A stretch of 64,000 nucleotides of DNA. It comes from Candidatus Binatia bacterium. GTDB taxonomy: Bacteria > Desulfobacterota > Binatia > UBA9968 > JAJDTQ01. The position numbers were made by a program, and so were the translations under genes. The stretch lies in assembly GCA_963664535.1 (NCBI GenBank), contig OY761465.1, positions 1,573,602-1,637,601 of the forward strand, given 5' to 3'. Below, in pieces: positions 37,426 to 47,347 of this stretch (position 1 is its first letter; each line of letters begins with the position of its first letter). Below the pieces are notes generated by a model. It was not told the DNA's origin. It did no database searches and was given only the letters and a program-made list of their open reading frames with translations.

Positions 37426-40400
37426 CGACTCCGCCCCCGGACCACAGGGCACGGCTGGAGGCCGCCACCAACTTCGACCGCAACGTGGTTGTGACCGCGG
37501 GCGCCGGCACGGGCAAGACCACTCTCCTGGTGGACCGCTGCGTCAATCTGCTGATGCGCAACAAGCCGGAGGCGGTGAAGGTGACCGAGTTCGTGGCGCT
37601 GACCTTCACCAACAAGGCCGCCAACGAGATGAAGGCGCGCCTGCGGGACCGTCTGGAAAGGCTCGCCGGCGACGGCGCGGCGCCAGCGCAGGCGGCGCGT
37701 GACGCCGGGGCCGATGAAGTGGAGGCCCTGTGCCGGCGCAATGACGGACTCAAGCCCAACGACGTCCGCGAGCGCGCCGGCGAGGCGCTTCAACACCTGG
37801 AACGCGCCCATATCGGCACCATTCACCATTTTGCGGCCTCGTTGCTCCGCCTCTACCCGCTCCAGACCGGACTCGACCCCGGATTCCGGGACGGCGACGA
37901 ACGGCTGCTGAAGGGACATTTCGACACCGCCTGGGCGCTGTGGCTCGACGGCGAGCTGTCGAGCACCGGTCCCGGGACCGGCGAGTGGAAGCGCGCTCTC
38001 GCCAACTTCACCCTGGATCGGCTCGGCGCGCTCGCGCGGAAGCTCTGCGCGGAAGACGTGGACCTGGACCGGCTCCAGAGTCCAGGCGCCGGGGACGGCG
38101 CCCACCCCGATCTGCTCGTATGGCTGAGGAAGCTGGATGCCACGGCCAGAAACCTCTCCGAACGTTATCCGCCGCCCGGCGCGAACGCGCTGGAACGGGC
38201 GCTGCCCGTGGCGTTGGGAATCGTCACGGCCGCGGCCGGTGGCGGCGCCGAGGCCTCCGCCCCGACCCTGGACGATCTCCGGCTGCTCGAGGCCGACGTC
38301 AGCAGGCGGCCCAAGAATTGGACCCCGGAGGACCACGAGCGCGCTCGAGACCTCATCGCCGACGCGCGCCGACTGGCCGCGGTGGACCCGAGGGAACGGG
38401 AACGCCTGTGCGCCTTGCTGGCGCCCTTCGCCCGTGAGACCCGCGCGGACCTGACCCGCAAGGGGCTGGTGACCTTCGACGGCCTGCTGGTACGCGCGCG
38501 GGACCTGCTGCGCGACCACCCGCGCATCCGTGAGGACCTGAAGAGCCGTTTCAAGGCCATCCTGGTGGACGAGTTCCAGGACACCGATCCGCTCCAGTAC
38601 GAGATCCTGCTGTGGCTGTGCGAGGAACGCGCGCAACACGCCGGTCACTGGCGCGACATCCGCCTTACCCCGGGCAAGCTGTTCGTGGTGGGGGACCCCA
38701 AGCAATCCATCTACGGATTTCGCGGCGCCGACATCGAAGCCTACCTGAAGGTCGTGCAGGAAGTGATCGAGTTCCAGGACGGGGCAGGGTACCCCCTCAC
38801 CGCCAACTTCAGAAGCGACCCCCGGATCCTGGACGTCGTGAACGACGTCTTCGGGCGCCTGATCGAGGAAAAGGCCGGCCTCCAGCCCGAATACAACGCC
38901 CTCCAGTCGGGACTCCAGCGACCCGCCGAGACGCCGGATCCGGAACGGAACCGCCCGCCGGTGCGGGTGCGCCGGGTCACGATGAAAGGGAGAATGAACG
39001 TGGAACAGGCGCGCCTGCTGGAGGCTGCATCCCTGGCCCGCTGGCTCGACGAGGAGGTGTTGCGGGGCCGGACCCTCCTGCGCGACCGGGACGGCAAGGG
39101 CATGCCTGCCATGCCGGGGCACGTGGCCTTTCTCTTTCGCGGCCTCACCAACGTGGCCATCTACCTGGAAGCGCTTCGCCGTCGGGGCATCGGTTACGTG
39201 GTGACCGGCGAGCGGAGTTTCTTCGACGCCCAGGAGGTCCAGGGTGTCGTGAATCTGCTGAGGGCCATCGACAACCCCCAGGACCGGCTGGCGCTGGTGG
39301 GCGTGCTGCGCTCGCCTTTGGGCGGGCATGACGACAACGAGATCCACGCCCTCGGCCGCAAGCGCCTGCTGGACTACCGCGCGGTGTCGTGGACACGCGG
39401 CGCGGACCTTCCCGGCACAACCCGTGACCTGTATCGGCGGCTCCTTGAACTGCACCGCGAGGCCCCGTTCCTGGAAGCCGGGCAGGCGGTCGCGCTCGTT
39501 CTGCGGGAACTGCCGCTGTTCGTTCTGGCGGCCGGCACGGGGGCGGGCGCGCAGGCCGTCGCCAATCTCGAGAAAGTCCGCCTCGTGGCCGAGGAGACCG
39601 GCGGCACGCTCAAGGAGGTAGTCGCCGAGCTGGAGCGGCGCATGCTGGGGCGCGAGCCCGAGCCCGAGAGCCCCCTGGAAGAGGAGGGTCTGGACGCCGT
39701 GCGCATCATGAGCATCCACGCGGCCAAGGGCCTGGAATTTCCCATCATGGTGCTGGCGGACGCGCTGGCGGGGTCCGGGAGAGGCGGTCGGGAGGACGTC
39801 CAGATACAACGGGACTGGGCCACCGGCCTCACGGGCTTTCACGTCGGCGACCTGTGGGATCTCCCGGGCGTATTCATCGAGGCGAAACGGCGCCAGCGGG
39901 ATGAATACGAACGCCGCCGCCTCCTGTACGTGGCCATGACCCGGCCGCGGGACCGGTTGGTGATATCGTTCGCGAACCAGGGCGACGGAAAGGCACGGCG
40001 CGACAGCCTGCTCGCCTTGCTGGAGGACGGGGGCGAGTCCGAACTGACCCACGCCGGCCACGAGGACCGTCCCATCGTCGTCCCAACCGGCGACGGACAG
40101 ATGGAAGTCGAAGTGGTGGTGGAGGAGCCGGAAGCCCTTGGCGGCAGCCGCCACGAGGAGAGTCCGGCCGCGGATGCCGATGACGGGTCGGTGTACGAAG
40201 ATCGGTGGCGCCGGCGGCGCGAAGTATGGGAGGAACGCAATCGACAAATCGTGTTCCGCTCGCCGACCGGGTCCAGGCCCGCGGGCGAGGCAGGCGAGAG
40301 CGAAACGGAGCGGCGGCGCGGCCGCCGACGGTCCGGCGCCCGTGATTTCGATCGCGACACCGCGCTCAAGCTCGGAGTCGTGGCGCACGGCGTGCTCGAA

Positions 40401-40871
40401 CACTGGGATTTCCAAACGGCGCGCATCGCGCAGGATCTCGCCGACGCCATCGCCCTGCACACAGCCGCCCTCCCGGCCGAGGAGCGCGCGATTGTCATCC
40501 GTGAACTGAAGGACATGTGGCCCACCTTCACGGAGTCCACGATCTACGACGAGCTTCGGACCGCTCGCATCGTGGGGCGTGAGATGCCCTTCCTCATGCC
40601 CTGGAACGGGCAGCAGATCATGGAGGGACGGATCGATCTCGTCTACGAGCGCGACGGGCGGCTCTACGTGGCCGATTACAAGACCGACCGGCTCACCGCC
40701 GAAGAAATCGGACAAACCATGGACGAATACGACCATCAGGCATCGGTCTACACCGAAGCCGTCCAGCGCTGCCTGGACCGGGACGTGGCCGCGTTCCGGC
40801 TGATCCTGCTGCGGCTGGGCCGTGCCGTGGACGTGCCGCTGAAGGTGAACGGCGGAAGCCCCGTGCCGTGA
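37422..40871 (+). CDS. addA: UvrD-family helicase/nuclease AddA-like
   Basis: The helicase motifs are Walker A TAGAGTGKTT, motif II DEFQDTDPLQ and the UvrD-C region. It is 1149 aa. Confidence 0.75.
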   Translation: MTTPPPDHRARLEAATNFDRNVVVTAGAGTGKTTLLVDRCVNLLMRNKPEAVKVTEFVALTFTNKAANEMKARLRDRLERLAGDGAAPAQAARDAGADEVEALCRRNDGLKPNDVRERAGEALQHLERAHIGTIHHFAASLLRLYPLQTGLDPGFRDGDERLLKGHFDTAWALWLDGELSSTGPGTGEWKRALANFTLDRLGALARKLCAEDVDLDRLQSPGAGDGAHPDLLVWLRKLDATARNLSERYPPPGANALERALPVALGIVTAAAGGGAEASAPTLDDLRLLEADVSRRPKNWTPEDHERARDLIADARRLAAVDPRERERLCALLAPFARETRADLTRKGLVTFDGLLVRARDLLRDHPRIREDLKSRFKAILVDEFQDTDPLQYEILLWLCEERAQHAGHWRDIRLTPGKLFVVGDPKQSIYGFRGADIEAYLKVVQEVIEFQDGAGYPLTANFRSDPRILDVVNDVFGRLIEEKAGLQPEYNALQSGLQRPAETPDPERNRPPVRVRRVTMKGRMNVEQARLLEAASLARWLDEEVLRGRTLLRDRDGKGMPAMPGHVAFLFRGLTNVAIYLEALRRRGIGYVVTGERSFFDAQEVQGVVNLLRAIDNPQDRLALVGVLRSPLGGHDDNEIHALGRKRLLDYRAVSWTRGADLPGTTRDLYRRLLELHREAPFLEAGQAVALVLRELPLFVLAAGTGAGAQAVANLEKVRLVAEETGGTLKEVVAELERRMLGREPEPESPLEEEGLDAVRIMSIHAAKGLEFPIMVLADALAGSGRGGREDVQIQRDWATGLTGFHVGDLWDLPGVFIEAKRRQRDEYERRRLLYVAMTRPRDRLVISFANQGDGKARRDSLLALLEDGGESELTHAGHEDRPIVVPTGDGQMEVEVVVEEPEALGGSRHEESPAADADDGSVYEDRWRRRREVWEERNRQIVFRSPTGSRPAGEAGESETERRRGRRRSGARDFDRDTALKLGVVAHGVLEHWDFQTARIAQDLADAIALHTAALPAEERAIVIRELKDMWPTFTESTIYDELRTARIVGREMPFLMPWNGQQIMEGRIDLVYERDGRLYVADYKTDRLTAEEIGQTMDEYDHQASVYTEAVQRCLDRDVAAFRLILLRLGRAVDVPLKVNGGSPVP

Positions 40872-41653
40872 GAACCTCCTCCCACATCACCGCCGAAGGA
40901 ATGCTGGCCCGTCTCGGCGTCAAGCAAGGCGCCCTGGGTGAGGCGGCGCTGGTGGCCGGCCCGCGGGAACGGGCCGCGCGGCTGCGCGCTTCCCTGGATA
41001 ACCCGCGCGAGACCCTCGCCTTCCAGGACTACAAGATGTACACGGGCGAACTGGACGGGCACCGCGTCACCGTCGGCAACGGCGGGCGCTACTCCGCGGA
41101 CACGGCCATCACCACCGAACTGCTGTGCGCCGCGGGCGTGGAGACGCTGGTGCGAGTGGGTAGCTGCGGGTCGCTCCAGGAAACCGTGAAGCTCGGCGAC
41201 ATCGTCATCGTCACGGGCGCGGTGCGCGGCGACGGCGCGAGCCCCCGCTACGTCACCGACGACTTCGACACGCTGTTCCGCCCGAGCGCGCGGGAACCGC
41301 ACGAAGGTGAGGCCCATCTCGCCCTGCCCCACCCGCGCGTGACGGAAGCGCTCACGCGGGCCGCCGAGAGCTTGGGCGCGCCGGTGCACCACGGCGTCGT
41401 GTTCACCACCGACGCCCTGTTCCGGGAAACCCCGCGACTCCTGGCCGGCCTCGAAGAGGAGGGAACCACGGCCATCGACATGGTGACCGCCGCCTTCCTC
41501 ACCGTGGCGCAATCCCAGGGCGCCCGCGCCGGCGCCATCCTCGCGGTGTCGGACGAATGCGTCAGCGGCAAGCTGGGCTTCCAAGGCCCAGCCTTCCGCC
41601 AGGCCGAACAACGAATCATGGCAATCGCCGTCAAGACGCTGGCGTGGCTGTGA
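40868..41653 (+). CDS. PNP/UDP-family nucleoside phosphorylase/nucleosidase
   Basis: The PNP_UDP_1 signature region is RVGSCGSL. The GTG start overlaps the addA stop (GTGA); an in-frame ATG alternative lies at MLARLG. Confidence 0.6.
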   Translation: MRTSSHITAEGMLARLGVKQGALGEAALVAGPRERAARLRASLDNPRETLAFQDYKMYTGELDGHRVTVGNGGRYSADTAITTELLCAAGVETLVRVGSCGSLQETVKLGDIVIVTGAVRGDGASPRYVTDDFDTLFRPSAREPHEGEAHLALPHPRVTEALTRAAESLGAPVHHGVVFTTDALFRETPRLLAGLEEEGTTAIDMVTAAFLTVAQSQGARAGAILAVSDECVSGKLGFQGPAFRQAEQRIMAIAVKTLAWL

Positions 41654-41684
41654 CCGCCAAACAGAAGCGTACCCCGCCCCACCT

Positions 41685-41766
41685 GGATTCCCGCTTTCGC
41701 GGGAATGACGGGAGAGGGATGCGCGAATGACGGGAGAGGGAGAATGACGGAAGAGGGATGCGGGAA
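41685..41766. repeat. composite short repeat: palindromic unit GGATTCCCGCTTTCGCGGGAATGAC plus 3 tandem 17-mers GAATGACGGGAGAGGGA
   Basis: The tandem 17-mers lie at 41703-41719, 41725-41741 and 41742-41758. The palindromic core is CCCGC-ttt-GCGGG. The reverse-complement copy is at 44031-44079. Confidence 0.7.
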
Positions 41767-41977
41767 GATCATCGCCGGTTGCAGAGAGATCGAGGAATTC
41801 GTACCGTCGAGCTTCGAAGAGGAGTTCACTATGGGTCGCGTGCCGGTCATTGCCACGAAGGGCCGGCCGTCACCGATCTGCTGGCAGAGGCGGTGCGTTG
41901 CCGGCGCACGACGCCGGACGGTGCGTAACGGGCCGCAACGCGCTCCGAACCGTCGCATTACGAAAAGGAGGAACACC

Positions 41978-43021
41978 ATGAAACCGTATCTCCGCTCCAT
42001 GCTCCGTGTAGCCTTGGCGACAGGCATCGCCGTGGTCGTCACGGCCGCGACCGCGGCGTCCGCCGCGGACTTCTACAAGGGCAAGACCATCCGCATCATC
42101 GTGGGCTCGGCTCCGGGCGGCGGCTTCGATACCTACGCGCGGCTGGTGGCCCGGCACCTCCCCAAGCACATACCGGGGGCCCCGAGGACCCTGGTGACCA
42201 GCATGACCGGGGCCGGCAACCTCATCGCCGCCAACTACATGTACAACAAGGCCAAGCCCGACGGCCTCACCATCGGCCACTGGGTGGGGACCCTGGTGCT
42301 GCAGCAGGTCCTGGGGAACAAGCGTGTCCAGTTCGATGCCCGGAAGTTCGAGTGGATCACCGTCCCCAAGCCCAGCTACACGGCCTGCATCGTGGCCAGG
42401 GACAGCGGCATCGCCAACATGGACCAGTGGCTCGCGGCCAAGAAACCGCTCAAGCTCGGCGGCATGGGACCGGGCAGCTCCATCTCGGACATTCCCCGGT
42501 TGCTGGAGAACATAACCGGGGTGCCGCTCCAACTGATCGAGGGCTATGGCGGCGCCGCCAGGATCCGTCTCGCCATCGAGAAGCGGGAGGTCATGGGCGG
42601 GTGCTGGAGTCCCGACGTCATCTTCTCGTACTGGCCGAAGCGGATCCCCGCCGGAGAGCTGAACTTCGTGATACAGGTGGGCGTCGGCAGACATCCCAGC
42701 TTCCCCAACGTCCCGAACATCCTGGAGTTTGCCAAGAACGACGCACAGCGGCAGTTGACGGGCGTGGTGGGCCGCAACGCCCACGAGATCCTGCGGGCCT
42801 TCTCGCTGCCTCCGGGCACCCCCAAGGACCGCGTGGAACTGCTGCGCAAGGCCTTCGCGGCCACCTTCAAGGACCCGGAGCTGCTGGCCGAGGCCAAGAA
42901 GTCCAGGCTCATCATCAACCCCATTCCCGGCACCCGGGTGGCTCAGGCGGTGAACGAGTTCTTCGAGCTCGACGCCGAGCTGATGGCCCGGTTGAGGGGC
43001 ATCCTGGTCCCGAAACAGTGA
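41978..43021 (+). CDS. TctC/Bug-family substrate-binding protein, paralog 3
   Basis: There is a signal peptide. PGGGFDTYAR and KPDGLTIGHW are present. An AAAGGAGG RBS lies upstream. Confidence 0.85.
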   Translation: MKPYLRSMLRVALATGIAVVVTAATAASAADFYKGKTIRIIVGSAPGGGFDTYARLVARHLPKHIPGAPRTLVTSMTGAGNLIAANYMYNKAKPDGLTIGHWVGTLVLQQVLGNKRVQFDARKFEWITVPKPSYTACIVARDSGIANMDQWLAAKKPLKLGGMGPGSSISDIPRLLENITGVPLQLIEGYGGAARIRLAIEKREVMGGCWSPDVIFSYWPKRIPAGELNFVIQVGVGRHPSFPNVPNILEFAKNDAQRQLTGVVGRNAHEILRAFSLPPGTPKDRVELLRKAFAATFKDPELLAEAKKSRLIINPIPGTRVAQAVNEFFELDAELMARLRGILVPKQ

Positions 43022-43061
43022 CGCGCGTCCGGCCGGGGCGGGCGGACGCCGAAGGGCGCGC

Positions 43062-43982
43062 ATGATCGTCGAGGTCCACTGCCATCCCTTCGGGCCGCCC
43101 GCCTACCGGGACCTGCGCGGCAGGATCCGCAGCGTCCCGGACCTGATAGGCTTCCGCCGCAACCATCCCGATCTCTACCGGGCCCGGGACACCGAGCCGC
43201 TGGTGGACTACGTGGACGAGCTGATCGCCGACATGGACCGGTACGGCGTGGACAAGGCGCTGATCATGACCACCGGGGGCTGCGACGGCCCGGACGAGAA
43301 GGACGAGAAGACCGCGGCGGCCGTGGCGCGGTATCCGGAGCGGCTGTACGGGCTGGCGAGCCTGGGGGAAGACTACTCGGGCAACGGCGTCTGGGAGAAC
43401 GCGCCGGCGCTGCGGGCGGCCGCGCCCGAGCAGATCGCCGACCGCATCGGGCGGCTGGGCTTCAAGGGCATCGGCGAATCCCACGGCGGCCCTTTCACCA
43501 CCGAGACCCACCCGGTCAAGATCGCCGACGACCTGCGCCCCATCATGGAAACCCTGGCCGGCTACCGGGTGCCGCTGCTCATCGCCACCGGCTGGACCCA
43601 GTTCCCCGGCCGCATGTACTACGCCGACCCCATCTACGTGGACGAGATCGCCGGACGCTACCCCGATGTCCCCATCGTCCTCACCAAGATGGGGCGGGCC
43701 ATCCAGCACTACTTCGAGTCGGCGCTGATCGTTGCCATGCGCAACCCCAACGTGTATTTCGATACCACTTCCACCACCGCCGAGCACCTGCGGCGGGCGG
43801 TGGAGACCATTGGCGCCGGCCGCATCATGTTCGGCACCGACTGGTCACCCACTTGGCGGTGCGTGGAGGTGCCCGAGCCGCTGTACCCGGCCAGGCTCAG
43901 GGTCGTGCGGGAGTCAGGCATCTCGGAGGACGACGTGGAGCAGGTGCTGTGGAAGACGGCGGTGGAGTTGTATGGATTGTGA
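43062..43982 (+). CDS. amidohydrolase-2 family TIM-barrel metal-dependent hydrolase
   Basis: The N-terminal metal-binding motif is MIVEVHCHPF. The C-terminal motif is GTDWSP. It is 306 aa. Confidence 0.65.
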   Translation: MIVEVHCHPFGPPAYRDLRGRIRSVPDLIGFRRNHPDLYRARDTEPLVDYVDELIADMDRYGVDKALIMTTGGCDGPDEKDEKTAAAVARYPERLYGLASLGEDYSGNGVWENAPALRAAAPEQIADRIGRLGFKGIGESHGGPFTTETHPVKIADDLRPIMETLAGYRVPLLIATGWTQFPGRMYYADPIYVDEIAGRYPDVPIVLTKMGRAIQHYFESALIVAMRNPNVYFDTTSTTAEHLRRAVETIGAGRIMFGTDWSPTWRCVEVPEPLYPARLRVVRESGISEDDVEQVLWKTAVELYGL

Positions 43983-44030
43983 AAGAAGTATGGATCGTGA
44001 AGGAATGAGACCCGCGGAACGAGACCCGCA

Positions 44031-44079
44031 CCCGTCATTCCCGCCCTCCTCTCCGTCATTCCCGCGCAAGCGGGAATCC
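44031..44079. repeat. second copy (opposite orientation) of the GTCATTCCCGCGMAAGCGGGAATCC / CCCTCYCCCGTCATTC repeat family
   Basis: The sequence is CCCGTCATTCCCGCCCTCCTCTCCGTCATTCCCGCGCAAGCGGGAATCC. It is inverted relative to 41685-41766. Confidence 0.7.
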
Positions 44080-44127
44080 AGGAGGGGCGGGGAACGGGGG
44101 CCGTATCAACAAGAGGAGGATTCCATC

Positions 44128-44886
44128 ATGCGTTTGGACGGTAAAGTCGCGATCGTGACGGGCGGCGGCATCGGCATCGGCCGCGCCTACTCCAAGGGGC
44201 TGGCGCGCGAAGGCGCCAAGGTCGCCGTGGCCGACATCCAGGTGGAGGCCGCCACCCAGGTGGCGGAGGAGATCAGGAAGGAAGGCGGCGATGCCATCCC
44301 CGTGGCGGTGGACGTCGCCTCGCCCGAGAAGACCCGCGAGATGGCGGATGCGGTACTGAAGGAATACGGCCGCATCGACGTGCTGGTGAACAACGCGGCG
44401 CTATACACGGCGCTCACGAAAAAGTCCTTCATGGAGATCGATGAGGACGAATGGGACCGGGTCATGGCGGTGAACGTCAAGGGTCTGCACCTGTGCGTGC
44501 AGGCGGTCTATCCGGCCATGAAGGAGCAGGGCAAGGGCAAGATCATCAACATTTCCTCCGGCACGATCCTGGGCGGGACGCCCATGTTCCTCCACTACGT
44601 CACCTCCAAGGCCGGCGTGCTGGGATTCACCCGGGCGCTGGCGCGGGAGATCGGCCCCGACGGGATCAGCGTCAACTCCATCATGCCCGGCCTCACCATA
44701 TCCGGCGACAGCCAGGACGGCGTCACCACCCCCCAGCAACTGGAGAACCGGCGCAAGAGCCGCGCGTTCCAGCGGGACCAGTACCCGGACGACCTGGTGG
44801 GCACGGTCATCTTCCTGTCGTCCGATGACAGCGACTTCGTCACCGGCCAGTCCATCAGCGTGGACGGCGGCCAGCACATGCACTGA
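44128..44886 (+). CDS. SDR family oxidoreductase
   Basis: The Rossmann motif is GKVAIVTGGGIGIG. NNAA and S-Y-K catalytic elements are present. Confidence 0.8.
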   Translation: MRLDGKVAIVTGGGIGIGRAYSKGLAREGAKVAVADIQVEAATQVAEEIRKEGGDAIPVAVDVASPEKTREMADAVLKEYGRIDVLVNNAALYTALTKKSFMEIDEDEWDRVMAVNVKGLHLCVQAVYPAMKEQGKGKIINISSGTILGGTPMFLHYVTSKAGVLGFTRALAREIGPDGISVNSIMPGLTISGDSQDGVTTPQQLENRRKSRAFQRDQYPDDLVGTVIFLSSDDSDFVTGQSISVDGGQHMH

Positions 44887-44892
44887 CCTGTC

Positions 44893-46194
44893 ATGACGGG
44901 GCTCGAACTCGCCGCGTACCGCGTACGTGAAATCCGCCTCGGCCGCGCGACGCGCTATGCCTCCGGCGTTCTGGAAGTGGATGCCGAGCGCCTGGCGGCA
45001 TGGGCGGAGGAGGACCCGCGGGTGCGCTCCGCGAGCTTCGACGTGGTGCACCCCGGCGAGAAGGCGCGGGTCACCGGCATCCGCGACGTAGTGGAACCCC
45101 GCATCAAGACCTCCGGCACGGGGCAGGTGTTTCCGGGAGTCCTCGGACCGGTGGCTCCAGTGGGCCAGGGGCGCACCCACCGCCTGTCAGGCATGGCGCT
45201 GGTCACCGCCGTGGCCTACGAGGGCACCGTCCGGACCGGCACGACTGCCCAGCGCAGCGCCATCCTGGACATGTGGGGCCCCGGTGCCGACATGACCCCG
45301 TTCAGTTCGCTGAACAACCTGGTGCTGACCCTCGACCTGGAGGACGGACTGTCCGCGTACGAGGCGCACCAAGCCATCCAGCGGGCGGAGTTCGGCACGG
45401 CCCTGCGGCTCGCCGAGGCCACCAACGGCCTCGATCCCGATGCCGTGGAGATTCACGATCCCGACGCCGACGGAGCCGACCTCCCGTGCGCCGTGGTCAT
45501 CATCGGCTGTTTCACCGAGCCCGACAACAAGCCGTCCAACGTCGCCTACTACGGCTTCCCGGTCCAGGAATCCCTGTCCACGGTGATCCACCCCAACGAG
45601 CTGACCGACGGCGCCATCACCTCCAGCACCATCCGCACCGTCAGCTATCATCCCATCACCTGGAACTGGCAGCATCAGCCCCTGGTGCTGGGGCTCTTGC
45701 GGGACCGGCGGTACCGGTTCGCGGGAGTGATCCTCCAGCGCATCGGCTTCGAGACCTCCCGCGAGAAGGAGATCGCGGCCCACAATGCCGTGCGGGTGGC
45801 CATGTCCCTGGGAGCCGACGCCGCCCTGATCACGCGCACGGGCTCGGGCAACGCATTCATCGAGGTCATGCTGACGGTGAAAGGCTGCGAGGAGAAGGGC
45901 ATCAAGACCGTCCTCGTCACCTACGAATACGGCGGCAAGGACGGCACCGAATCTCCCCTGCTGTACTACGAAAAGGAAGCCGACGCCGTGATCAGCACCG
46001 GCAACCGCGACATCGTCGTTGAGCTACCCGCCGCGGAACGGGTGGTAGGCGCCTACGACCGGCTCCAGCTCATCAACTATCCCGGCGCGCCCTACGTAGC
46101 CGCCGGCGACCCGTTGGTGCTGGAGGCCCGCGACGTCATCGCCGGCGGCATCGACATCTGGGGCGGCCGCGACCGGCTCTGCCGGCCGTACTGA
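44893..46194 (+). CDS. glycine/sarcosine/betaine reductase component B family protein (non-selenoprotein homolog)
   Basis: The region ITRTGSGNAFIEVMLTVKGCEEKGIKTVLVTYEYGG resembles the Gly_reductase family. There is no in-frame TGA. Confidence 0.45.
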   Translation: MTGLELAAYRVREIRLGRATRYASGVLEVDAERLAAWAEEDPRVRSASFDVVHPGEKARVTGIRDVVEPRIKTSGTGQVFPGVLGPVAPVGQGRTHRLSGMALVTAVAYEGTVRTGTTAQRSAILDMWGPGADMTPFSSLNNLVLTLDLEDGLSAYEAHQAIQRAEFGTALRLAEATNGLDPDAVEIHDPDADGADLPCAVVIIGCFTEPDNKPSNVAYYGFPVQESLSTVIHPNELTDGAITSSTIRTVSYHPITWNWQHQPLVLGLLRDRRYRFAGVILQRIGFETSREKEIAAHNAVRVAMSLGADAALITRTGSGNAFIEVMLTVKGCEEKGIKTVLVTYEYGGKDGTESPLLYYEKEADAVISTGNRDIVVELPAAERVVGAYDRLQLINYPGAPYVAAGDPLVLEARDVIAGGIDIWGGRDRLCRPY

Positions 46195-46242
46195 CGCCCC
46201 GTACTCAAACCCGTTACCGTACGGAGCCGGGGGGTTGAGACT

Positions 46243-47313
46243 CTACTCCGGATACAGCGGCGCCTTGTACACCGTCCCCGGCACCACGACGCCGCCGGCC
46301 GGCCGTTCCCCTTCCTTCAGGTGGGAGAAACGGTCGCTGAACGCAGGCGGCAGCGGCCGCCCGCCGGGTGTGCCGAGCCATAGACGCAGGAGATTGCGAC
46401 GGCGCTCGGGCTCCGGGTAGTCCTCGAACTCGGTGCGCGAATGGGCGGTGACGTGGTTGTGCAATATCTGCACGTCGCCCCGCAGGAACTCCATGTCGTA
46501 CGACAGCTCATTGCACAGATCGGCGAAGAGGGTCAGCGCCTCCTTCAGGGCCTCGGTGTGGCGCGGCAACTGCTCGAACCGCTGGGCCGAACGGACATAG
46601 GTGCCTCCGGCGCTCACGGTGAGATAGTCTTCGTAGAAATTGAAAATGGCGAGCTGCCACCACGGGTCCTTGCCCTCCGGGACCTCGCCGCGGCGGTCGC
46701 GGTAGATGGGGGCGGCCAGCTCCGCCACCAGCTCGGGCCGGCGCTTCAGCATCTCGTTGTAGACGTTGAGAGTGCTCGTGAACCGGCTGCTGCCGCCGGA
46801 CTTGGCCGGGTGCAGGCACATCAGCACCACCAGGTCGCAGGCATCGCAGTGAAAGGGCAGCATGTCGTGGGTCTGGTAGCCGCGGTGCTTGGGGTTCTTG
46901 AGGGTACCGCCGAGATCGGCCACATGACCTAGCAGATGTCCCTTGGAGTTCTGGGACACGGGCTCGCCGAGGAAGAGGCCGATGCCCCAGAAGGCGATGG
47001 CGGACTGCAGGCGGCTGTAGCGATGCACCGGCACCCCGCGTATGAGCGACAAACCGCGACCGTCGACGACGTCGGAAGCAATCTCGTCGAGCCGGTCTCC
47101 CAGGGTCGAAAGCACGAAGTCGTCGCGGGTGATGTCCAGGATGTCGAGCCCGCGTTCCTCCACCCGCGCCACGGCAGCGTCCAGCTCCGCGACCTCGCTC
47201 TCGGTCAGCGGGTGTATCCAGCTCTGGTCAGAGGCCAGATCTTCCGCGGTCCAGGCCGCGGGGTCCACCACGGGCTGATTCAGCACGGCCGGTTGTCTGA
47301 TAACGTTCAGCAT
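46243..47313 (-). CDS. TauD/TfdA-family Fe(II)/2-oxoglutarate-dependent dioxygenase
   Basis: A HxD...H facial-triad context is present (THDMLPFHCDA...H). It is 356 aa. Confidence 0.65.
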   Translation of the reverse strand: MLNVIRQPAVLNQPVVDPAAWTAEDLASDQSWIHPLTESEVAELDAAVARVEERGLDILDITRDDFVLSTLGDRLDEIASDVVDGRGLSLIRGVPVHRYSRLQSAIAFWGIGLFLGEPVSQNSKGHLLGHVADLGGTLKNPKHRGYQTHDMLPFHCDACDLVVLMCLHPAKSGGSSRFTSTLNVYNEMLKRRPELVAELAAPIYRDRRGEVPEGKDPWWQLAIFNFYEDYLTVSAGGTYVRSAQRFEQLPRHTEALKEALTLFADLCNELSYDMEFLRGDVQILHNHVTAHSRTEFEDYPEPERRRNLLRLWLGTPGGRPLPPAFSDRFSHLKEGERPAGGVVVPGTVYKAPLYPE

Positions 47314-47347
47314 GGGGCTTCCTCCGAACTTCGCCCGGAATTCAATC

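Noticed and set aside
35569-40736. Long minus-strand ORFs (627 aa and 1147 aa) across the addB/addA region
   Set aside because: They are antisense to genes with clear UvrD-helicase and AddB motifs. There are no motifs and the composition is biased.
41703-41758. Possible mini-CRISPR (three tandem 17-nt repeats)
   Set aside because: The units are contiguous or separated by 5 nt with no spacers of CRISPR length. There are no cas genes. They are better explained as a REP/MITE-like tandem repeat.
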